Positions 32,024 through 38,890 of a stretch of 38,890 nt of DNA are shown piece by piece (within the stretch, counting starts at the first letter, position 1; every line of letters starts with the position of its first letter). The notes beneath the pieces are model-generated. The model had not been told where the DNA came from, did no database searches, and saw nothing but the letters and a program-made list of their open reading frames with translations. This DNA comes from an uncultured virus (IMG/VR IMGVR_UViG_3300012665_000884) (Duplodnaviria > Heunggongvirae > Uroviricota > Caudoviricetes), in the IMG/VR virus record IMGVR_UViG_3300012665_000884. The stretch is one strand, 5' to 3'. The position numbers were made by a program, and so were the translations under genes.

Positions 32024-32776
32024 ATGGCTAGAAAAGCAAATACAAAAATTAGACTTGTTGATGACGATACTATTCAACAAAGAACGTCTAATGCACTAAA
32101 AATAAGAATTGATAACCTAAAAACTTTTGAGCCACTAACAGCAAATCAGAAATTATTTTTTGATGCATATAAGCAAGGTGATTACTTTGTTGCGCTACAT
32201 GGAGTAGCTGGCACAGGGAAAACATTCTGTGCATTGTATAAAGCAATTGAAGAAGTTCTAGATAAGAATAACCCATTTAAGAGAATTATTATTGTACGTT
32301 CGGCTGTTCAAGGTCGTGAAATGGGTCACTTACCAGGTGACGTTGACGAGAAGATGGAAATCTATCAACAACCATACGTACAAATTTGCGACACATTGTT
32401 TGATAGAAAAGATGCATATCAGAGACTATGCGAACAGGGATATATTGAATTTATCTCCACATCATTCATTCGCGGCATGTCATTTGATGACGCTATCATT
32501 ATCGTGGATGAAATGCAAAACTTAACGTTTGAAGAAATTGATACCGTTATGACCCGAGTTGGTTACCGTTCTAAGATTATTTGGTGCGGTGACTACAGAC
32601 AGACAGACTTGAACAAACGAAAGAATGACATGTCTGGTATTTTGAAGTTTTTCGATATCGCTTGGCACATGGGTGCGTTCACTAAGATTGAATTCACCGC
32701 TGACGATATTGTTCGTTCATCATTAGTGAAGGATTATATCCTTGCTAAGATGCGTTATGAAGATTCCACACCTTAA
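32024..32776 (+). CDS. phoH: PhoH-family ATPase
   Basis: GVAGTGKT, GHLPGD..EK, FIRGMSF, IVDEMQN, TRVG..SK...GD..Q.DL. Confidence 0.93.
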   Translation: MARKANTKIRLVDDDTIQQRTSNALKIRIDNLKTFEPLTANQKLFFDAYKQGDYFVALHGVAGTGKTFCALYKAIEEVLDKNNPFKRIIIVRSAVQGREMGHLPGDVDEKMEIYQQPYVQICDTLFDRKDAYQRLCEQGYIEFISTSFIRGMSFDDAIIIVDEMQNLTFEEIDTVMTRVGYRSKIIWCGDYRQTDLNKRKNDMSGILKFFDIAWHMGAFTKIEFTADDIVRSSLVKDYILAKMRYEDSTP

Positions 32777-32778
32777 TC

Positions 32779-33432
32779 ATGTTTAATTATTGCCCACCGA
32801 AAAAATTAGAAGATTTAAAATCTGAGACACTAGCAAACGGAAGATTCTATACCACACCAACCGGTGAGAAATTACCTTCGGTAACTACGGTCTTAGGGGC
32901 GATGGGCAAGAAAGCCATATATGAATGGCGTCAACGTGTGGGTGCAGAGGAAGCAAATCGTGTATCACGTATCGCATCTGGTCGTGGTACACGTATGCAC
33001 ACCCTATGTGAAAAATATCTGAACAATGAAGAGTTGGGCAAACCCATGCCAGATTCTTTAGCGTTGTTCAACACAATCAAGCCTATTCTAAATCGTATTA
33101 ACAACATTCACTATCAAGAATGTGCATTGTGGTCAATGAGACTAAAGATGGCAGGACGGGTAGATTGTATTGGTGAGTTTGATGGTAAGTTGTCTGTTAT
33201 TGACTTTAAGACTTCCAGCAGAGCGAAAACGAGAGAAGATATTCCTGGTTACTTTGCTCAGTGTGTTGCATATGCATTGATGTATGAGGAGTTGATCGGT
33301 GTAAAGATTCACCAGATCGTGATTATCATGGCAGTTAATGGAGAAGATCCAATTCTATTTGTTGAGAAGACAGGCGACCATGTTAAGACTTTGAAAGAAT
33401 ATATAGACTACTATAATAGAAAGAATTCGTAA
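32779..33432 (+). CDS. PD-(D/E)XK exonuclease
   Basis: PSVTTVL, RGTRMH, AGRVDCI, VIDFKTS, Q...YA. Confidence 0.85.
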   Translation: MFNYCPPKKLEDLKSETLANGRFYTTPTGEKLPSVTTVLGAMGKKAIYEWRQRVGAEEANRVSRIASGRGTRMHTLCEKYLNNEELGKPMPDSLALFNTIKPILNRINNIHYQECALWSMRLKMAGRVDCIGEFDGKLSVIDFKTSSRAKTREDIPGYFAQCVAYALMYEELIGVKIHQIVIIMAVNGEDPILFVEKTGDHVKTLKEYIDYYNRKNS

Positions 33433-34064
33433 TGAAAAATTTTGAAGTACACCCTCTTTTTCCTATTCCACTTTACACTTCGGAAGTTGAACTTGATCTG
33501 GAAGATATTCGCCAGAAGATTGATAAGTTAGCAAAATATCAAGAAGGACTAAATCATTCGGACGGATATATCTATCCTAAGAATGAACAACTATTCAATC
33601 GTAAAGAATTTGTTGATTTGAAGACCGAAGCAAAAAAGCACGTTGATAGATTTATGCGTGAAGTTTTGCATTATCAATATGATGATAGTTTCTTTGCGTG
33701 TTCATGGTTTAACATTAATGAACCAGGGTCAAATCATCACAGACACTATCATCCTAACAGTATCATGTCTGGTGTCATTATTATCACTAATCCTGAAAAC
33801 AGTGGATTATTAGTATTCAGTAGTCCACACCAGAGAGACTTGGTGATGGAAACAAATAAAAAATCTGTGGGAACACCATTCAATGATGGCATTTTTTCGC
33901 CGAAGCAGGATGTTTCATCTATTGTAATATTTCCTTCGTGGTTGGAACATGCAGTCTCAAAAAATATGAGCAATGAAAATAGATTGACTATTGCATTTAA
34001 TGTATTCGTTAAAGGTCACATTGGCTCTTCACACACATTAACATATTGTGATTTCGGAGGTTGA
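33432..34064 (+). CDS. 2OG-Fe(II) oxygenase
   Basis: LFPIP, SWFN, HYHPNS..SGV, IFPSWLEHAV, RLTIAFN. Confidence 0.85.
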   Translation: MKNFEVHPLFPIPLYTSEVELDLEDIRQKIDKLAKYQEGLNHSDGYIYPKNEQLFNRKEFVDLKTEAKKHVDRFMREVLHYQYDDSFFACSWFNINEPGSNHHRHYHPNSIMSGVIIITNPENSGLLVFSSPHQRDLVMETNKKSVGTPFNDGIFSPKQDVSSIVIFPSWLEHAVSKNMSNENRLTIAFNVFVKGHIGSSHTLTYCDFGG

Positions 34065-34065
34065 T

Positions 34066-34635
34066 ATGGATAAACTAATTGACTATGTAAAAATATATAA
34101 TATTGGCGATCCCGAATTTAATCAATTTGTGACGGAGAATGTTGCTTCAATTAAAGATGAAGATTGGACTGAACATCAATGGTTCTCATATAATGGACCA
34201 GTTGCTAGAAGCAATAAAAAAGAATTGTCAACTTACTATCCCAAATCTGCATTCGCCAAACGAAAGTGGAGGGAGTATAATAGCGCCGCAATAGATAGAT
34301 ATCTGAAAGATATGCCCTATGATACCACAATATATGGAATCAGTGACGTTCGATATAATAAGTATCAAATCAACACACAAATGCTAAGACACCATGACCA
34401 TATCCGTTCATTGTTTGATGGTATGAGGAAAGGGATTCCTGTGTTGACCGTTATCGCCGCAATGAATCCACAAAGTGAATATACTGGCGGTGAATTTGTA
34501 TTTGATAATTTTGATACTGAGGTCAGATTGGATATGGGTCAAATTATGGTTTTTCCATCGGTCTTCCTCTATGAACATCACGTAAAGGAAGTCACTTCTG
34601 GCGAAAGATTTGCCGCGGTGACGTGGGCATTCTGA
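34066..34635 (+). CDS. 2OG-Fe(II) oxygenase, prolyl-hydroxylase-like
   Basis: H-x-D (HHD), YTGGEF, FPSVFLYEHHVKEVTSGERF. Confidence 0.85.
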   Translation: MDKLIDYVKIYNIGDPEFNQFVTENVASIKDEDWTEHQWFSYNGPVARSNKKELSTYYPKSAFAKRKWREYNSAAIDRYLKDMPYDTTIYGISDVRYNKYQINTQMLRHHDHIRSLFDGMRKGIPVLTVIAAMNPQSEYTGGEFVFDNFDTEVRLDMGQIMVFPSVFLYEHHVKEVTSGERFAAVTWAF

Positions 34636-34636
34636 T

Positions 34637-34644
34637 TATAAATA
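34637..34644 (+). promoter_or_regulatory. T4-type late promoter
   Basis: TATAAATA ending 19 nt before a structural-type gene. Confidence 0.75.
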
Positions 34645-34663
34645 GCCAACAAAAGGATTTAAA

Positions 34664-35587
34664 ATGGGAAGAATAGCGGCGTCAGGCACTTTAAACATGT
34701 ATGATGTTAAGAACACATTGAATATAGGACCAACTTCGTATGACCTGAACAGTCATCGTAGGGGAAACGGTGCGGGTTCAACACCACCAAGCGGCACAAT
34801 TAGTCTGGGTCATATGTATGGTGCATTCACATTAGGTCCTGCGACAATTGGTGCAGTTCCAACAGGCACTTATACTGGCGACTATTTGGCATCCACTTCT
34901 CCTGTTCCAGGAGGATTATCTGGTAGTGTGACTAATCCTGGTCAAGGATATTATACCTCGTGGACCAATTTGATCGGTGGTGCTGGACAAACAATTTACT
35001 GTCCATATGGCGAAAATTTGAGAACATATTGTCGTATTATGAACTGGCAAGTGCCATGGGCCTCATTTTTCGATGCCGCATCATCATCTGGATTGGGTAT
35101 AGGTCATGGTTCATCGGAGTGGGACGGATCCATTTCATATACTAATGGTATTTGGTTTTCATGGATCGGCACTGGTGGTGGAGGCTCTTATTTCAATAAT
35201 ATTGATATTGGGACAATTAAGAGTACTTCGGATTATGCCGGTGCTATTTGGTCGGACGGCGGAACAGTATATTTTGGACAATTAAATGTGGCACAGTTTG
35301 CATCAGGAACTTTCAGTGCAACTTGGTCTGCAGGAATGTATAGTCTTGGAAGTTTTGCTAGAAATAGTCAAACTAATATGTACTATCGTTGGGGCGGAAC
35401 AGGAATCACATATCTGACATATAAGTATAATCAAATCGGATATAGAGGATTTGGATACAATCATGACACATCTTATGTAGGAACTGGTTCACAATCTTCT
35501 CCAAATAATTATGGATTTTTAAAAACTGGTGGTGTGACTGCGCCAGGTTCATTCAATGGTCCTGGTGGCGGCACGGTTGTAGGTTAA
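34664..35587 (+). CDS. Gly-rich virion protein, putative tail-fibre adhesin
   Basis: N-terminus ASGTLNMYDV...PSGTISLGHMYG; rich in Gly/Ser/Thr/Tyr/Trp; late promoter. Confidence 0.6.
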   Translation: MGRIAASGTLNMYDVKNTLNIGPTSYDLNSHRRGNGAGSTPPSGTISLGHMYGAFTLGPATIGAVPTGTYTGDYLASTSPVPGGLSGSVTNPGQGYYTSWTNLIGGAGQTIYCPYGENLRTYCRIMNWQVPWASFFDAASSSGLGIGHGSSEWDGSISYTNGIWFSWIGTGGGGSYFNNIDIGTIKSTSDYAGAIWSDGGTVYFGQLNVAQFASGTFSATWSAGMYSLGSFARNSQTNMYYRWGGTGITYLTYKYNQIGYRGFGYNHDTSYVGTGSQSSPNNYGFLKTGGVTAPGSFNGPGGGTVVG

Positions 35588-35597
35588 AGGAAATATT

Positions 35598-35936
35598 ATG
35601 GCATTAAAATGCACGGGAACTTTTAAAGGTGGCATCTACCTAGAAGATGTTTATGTTAAAATTTTAATCGTTGCTATGAATAGGGAAGATTTCTGGCACG
35701 TAGTTTTTAGAGCATATCACGATAAGAGTGACGCAACGAATAATCCGGACACAAGTTTTTTTGATAGTTTTGTATTTGAAATTCCTGCAAATAGGAATAG
35801 TCCGGACATATACACAGAATGTTACGAGAGACTTAAATCTGGAGACTATATATTGGATAGATTGAAATATACTGAAGGAACAATGTATGAAAATACACAA
35901 TACTTTCCGCAGTTAACCTCGATGGAGGATGTATAA
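35598..35936 (+). CDS. Small tail-associated paralog 1
   Basis: MALK...KGGIYLEDVYVKI...YERLK...EDV. Confidence 0.75.
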   Translation: MALKCTGTFKGGIYLEDVYVKILIVAMNREDFWHVVFRAYHDKSDATNNPDTSFFDSFVFEIPANRNSPDIYTECYERLKSGDYILDRLKYTEGTMYENTQYFPQLTSMEDV

Positions 35937-36259
35937 TGGCTATCATAGCAAATATTAATATCCATGGTATTCAATTGACCAATGCATATATCAGGGTTGA
36001 ACAGATTGGTGGTTCAAAAGAATATGATTGGGCAGTAATATATGGAATTTATCAGAATAAAGAACAAGCAGATTTAAAAAATTGTCTTGAAGAAATTGTA
36101 TTGAAGTACAGTTTTAAGAATGGCACACACTTATATGAACAAGCATATGAAATTTTGAAGCGACCAGATATGTTGAATCATGTCCGTTCGGTGTGCAACA
36201 CAAGTTTAGTTAAAAATTTTTATATACTTGAAACATTAGAATATGTAGGAGAAGCGTAA
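35936..36259 (+). CDS. Small tail-associated paralog 2
   Basis: MAI...HGIQLTNAYIRV...QAYEILK. Confidence 0.75.
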   Translation: MAIIANINIHGIQLTNAYIRVEQIGGSKEYDWAVIYGIYQNKEQADLKNCLEEIVLKYSFKNGTHLYEQAYEILKRPDMLNHVRSVCNTSLVKNFYILETLEYVGEA

Positions 36260-36537
36260 TGGCTCTAAAAGGAAGTTACAATTATAAAGGCATTGAGTTG
36301 CCTGAAGCGTATGCAAGAATTATAAACATTGGAACCGTACATAAACAATCCGTACAGTTTCAGGTTATGTTCTATGTGAATAATGATTTGGCAAACGTTG
36401 GTATCGACAATTCACACTATATCTTAGATACACGGTTCTTCACAGGAACTGTTTATGATTACTCGAAACCTTTGCCCGAAGCAATGTATGATTATTTGAA
36501 AACACAAGAACCTTGCGTGGGTTGGGAGAACTGCTAA
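36259..36537 (+). CDS. Small tail-associated paralog 3
   Basis: MALKG...KGIELPEAYARI...MYDYLK...ENC. Confidence 0.75.
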   Translation: MALKGSYNYKGIELPEAYARIINIGTVHKQSVQFQVMFYVNNDLANVGIDNSHYILDTRFFTGTVYDYSKPLPEAMYDYLKTQEPCVGWENC

Positions 36538-36830
36538 TGGCTTTAATCGGATCAACACAAATCAAAGGCTTTGATGCTCCAGAAGCATATGTTTGTATTT
36601 CGAATGTTAGTTCAATAAGAGTTCCTTTTGCGGAATGGGACATTCAAATTACATTTAGACTTTTTAAAGATAAGGCAACATATGATGCCGCACCAAACAA
36701 AGATGATTATTTCATAGAACAATTTACATTGTATTTGAATGGGCATGAAGTTGCACCTGAAAATTATTTCACTGCGGCATACGGAATATTAAAACAATCA
36801 GAGCGATTCGCAAATTTTGTGGACGCATAA
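36537..36830 (+). CDS. Small tail-associated paralog 4
   Basis: ATG 36537: MALIG...KGFDAPEAYVCI...AYGILK...VDA. Confidence 0.75.
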   Translation: MALIGSTQIKGFDAPEAYVCISNVSSIRVPFAEWDIQITFRLFKDKATYDAAPNKDDYFIEQFTLYLNGHEVAPENYFTAAYGILKQSERFANFVDA

Positions 36831-36842
36831 AGAGAAAAATAA

Positions 36843-37886
36843 ATGACTTCAACAGCATCAGGTAGATACAACAACGAGGCAAACACCGATATTAGTTTGG
36901 GTGCGGTCGGCGATGCAACTGGTCTTGCAAAAAATGTTGGTGCTTATAGAAATAGAGTTGGCATCCAAAATAACGATGTTATGTTTTCTGACCTAAAAGG
37001 TGTTTATGCTGGTGGCACTGGTGATAGTACCGGTTATATAACTTTGGATGGCACGAATTATTCGTCATACCTGTCACACTTCAGGGGACAGAGTACTAAA
37101 GCCAACTTGAATCAATATGAGGGTAGTTGGTATCTAATACAAAATAACGCTTTTCCCGAGGATGATGCTTTACCTGTAATATATCAAAAGAATGTGACTA
37201 CTGGAGGTTTTAACTACGGAGTTAGATATAGACTCAACGGTAATGACATGGTTCTTCCAGGCAACAATATATTACTCAAAACAATTATGTGGAAAAATTA
37301 CACATTGGTGTTTGGTAAGTTTGATGGAACAGAACGTGCAATATGTTGTGGTCCAATTGAAGTAAAATCTGTGGATGGTGATTATACAACAGGATACGCA
37401 GATATTGGTAACGTTTTCACATTGAACGCCACGATAGGACAAAACTATTTCTATAATTATAGTGTCTACGGAAATGATGTGCTTGCAACTTTTAGAACTA
37501 CAACTAGAACTAAAATGATTGGTTTATGGAAGAAAACTGATGGATTATTGTATCATGCACACCTAGATACTGCTCCATTTATATCGGGGGCAGCATTATC
37601 CGGAACATGGGTGGGAAGCCTTGAACAAGGATTAATTGACCAACTTTGGAGATCGTACGGTCACAAAAACAATCAGATAACTTTCGGTGTAGCAAATCAA
37701 TATGCTAGTTACAGCCAAGCTGTAAATCCCGGTAAAAATTATCCAACGACTGAAGATGTAGGATATTATGTTTTATTGATGTACGATATCGGTTTAAGAA
37801 ATGCAACATCAGGTAGTGTGTTGAATAACACTAAAGCTAGAGAAGGCCACACATCAACAAACGATGTTCCTGGCTTCTCACAATAA
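36843..37886 (+). CDS. Putative virion protein, second adhesin-like gene
   Basis: 347 aa; N-terminus ASG...DISLGAV...FSDLKG loosely like the 34664 product; beta-rich. Confidence 0.55.
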   Translation: MTSTASGRYNNEANTDISLGAVGDATGLAKNVGAYRNRVGIQNNDVMFSDLKGVYAGGTGDSTGYITLDGTNYSSYLSHFRGQSTKANLNQYEGSWYLIQNNAFPEDDALPVIYQKNVTTGGFNYGVRYRLNGNDMVLPGNNILLKTIMWKNYTLVFGKFDGTERAICCGPIEVKSVDGDYTTGYADIGNVFTLNATIGQNYFYNYSVYGNDVLATFRTTTRTKMIGLWKKTDGLLYHAHLDTAPFISGAALSGTWVGSLEQGLIDQLWRSYGHKNNQITFGVANQYASYSQAVNPGKNYPTTEDVGYYVLLMYDIGLRNATSGSVLNNTKAREGHTSTNDVPGFSQ

Positions 37887-37899
37887 TATAAGGTAAAAA

Positions 37900-38313
37900 A
37901 TGTTTATAAAATACTTAGAGGGTGACATTACTGTTAAGGGTGTTCATCTACCAAATTCAGCCGTTCGTTGTATTGATGTTGTTGGTGATGAAACCAATCA
38001 TGCATGGATGTACACATTTGGAATATATGGTGATATAGAAACATCACTTGACGGAAAACATGAATTTTTTGATACTGTAAGAGTGATGTGTATGATGGAT
38101 GGTTATCAACCAAATAATGTTGAGACAAAAATAAACGTATTTGAATATGGATTAAATGTCCTGAAAACCAATGATGAGAGATTTGTAAATTTCACATTGA
38201 AGGAAGTAGAACATAATCTAACATTTACTAATCCTCCAGCATCAGGAGAATCGTCTGGATATGTAATTGATCCAGTGTTATATGAATTAAACGCAATAGG
38301 AGCATCGGAATAA
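37900..38313 (+). CDS. Small tail-associated paralog 5 (divergent)
   Basis: VKGVHLPNSAVR...FGIY...YGLNVLK. Confidence 0.7.
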   Translation: MFIKYLEGDITVKGVHLPNSAVRCIDVVGDETNHAWMYTFGIYGDIETSLDGKHEFFDTVRVMCMMDGYQPNNVETKINVFEYGLNVLKTNDERFVNFTLKEVEHNLTFTNPPASGESSGYVIDPVLYELNAIGASE

Positions 38314-38588
38314 TGGCATTTACAATTAAAGATTATAAAATAAAAGGCATCACTTTACCAGAAGCATATGTAAAGTTAATGGATGTAACCGCAACAAAAT
38401 ACAGCGGCTTTCATGGCACATTTGGAATTTATGCAAGTAAAGAAGTTGCAGATGAAAACATTGGCAACATCCTAACTCATATTTCGGCTAATTGTCCATA
38501 TCAGGCAGATTCTAATGTGTGGAATGTAATGTATGACTACATGAAGGCATCTCCTTTATTAAAAGATTATGTCCTCACTGACGCATAA
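38313..38588 (+). CDS. Small tail-associated paralog 6
   Basis: MAF...KGITLPEAYVKL...FGIYASKE.AD...MYDYMK...TDA. Confidence 0.75.
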   Translation: MAFTIKDYKIKGITLPEAYVKLMDVTATKYSGFHGTFGIYASKEVADENIGNILTHISANCPYQADSNVWNVMYDYMKASPLLKDYVLTDA

Positions 38589-38602
38589 TTACCAAAATAT
38601 TA

Positions 38603-38631
38603 TTGACAATAAATAAAAATGAGAGTATAAT
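38603..38631 (+). promoter_or_regulatory. Sigma70 promoter of the tmRNA gene
   Basis: TTGACA-17-TATAAT. Confidence 0.85.
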
Positions 38632-38637
38632 AACTCT

Positions 38638-38890
38638 CAATGATAGTAAACTTGGTATAAGAAAAGTATTCTGGACGGGGGTGCGAATCCCCCCAGGTCC
38701 ACCATAAACATATTGGAGATATTATGACAACAGAAGAATATTGGAAATGGATGCGTGAAAACTTCCAGTAATGTGTTTATGATGGGCCTGCATAGTTTCG
38801 ACAGAGTAACAAGTACGATATTCGGCTATCCGTCAGAGTTGACGTAAACACTAAATCAAAATAAATGCAAATGACGAAAGTTACGCATTG
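38638..38890 (+). ncRNA. ssrA: Circularly permuted (two-piece) tmRNA, 3'-truncated by the window
   Basis: Acceptor piece (GGGGG-TGCGAAT-CCCCC-CAGGTCC-ACCA, ends 38704) precedes the coding piece starting GGGCCTG...TTCGAC at 38784; G3.U70; tag ANDESYAL from 38867. Confidence 0.92.
38724..38771 (+). CDS. Putative 15-aa mini-ORF inside the tmRNA intervening segment
   Basis: GGAG SD at 38715-38718; MTTEEYWKWMRENFQ-stop. Confidence 0.4.
   Translation: MTTEEYWKWMRENFQ

Noticed and set aside
848..38128. Minus-strand and alternative-frame ORFs throughout the window
   Set aside because: They shadow well-supported, translationally coupled plus-strand genes and lack SDs or motifs

Overview
This window is a single-strand-coded (+) segment of a large, AT-rich T4-like (Tevenvirinae-like) lytic phage genome. 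The likely host is a Proteobacterium, most plausibly a beta-proteobacterium (inferred from the tmRNA tag ANDESYAL, a CTGT-N8-ACAG box and rrn-like boxA). It contains: (i) a minimal ATP-dependent DNA ligase, a DexA-like exonuclease and a GIY-YIG nuclease; (ii) a hyperplastic early region (about 3.9-16.2 kb) of small ORFs driven by repeated near-consensus sigma70 promoter modules, with a four-copy paralog array and one 125-N gap; (iii) a 4.7-kb array of 28 tRNAs covering all 20 amino acids, plus a tRNA-like RNA and several unexplained structured RNAs; (iv) T4-like rnh, GT2, galE, clpP, Gp88-like, DenV-like, phoH, exonuclease and two 2OG-Fe(II) oxygenases; (v) a late-promoter-driven adhesin/small-paralog module; (vi) a circularly permuted two-piece tmRNA cut off by the window end. 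The most interesting candidates are three. First, a leaderless 38-codon ORF using 19 of 20 amino acids and 31 distinct codons sits in front of a terminator/antiterminator just upstream of the tRNA array, a putative general tRNA-supply attenuator. Second, five cassettes share a conserved terminal stem that pairs the CCA of one tRNA with sequence at or just before the 5' end of the next, one being the tmRNA intervening segment and carrying a mini-ORF. Third, boxA leaders have a 21-nt complement at the far end of the array, resembling an rRNA-operon processing stalk. All structure calls were made by eye, without folding or database searches.
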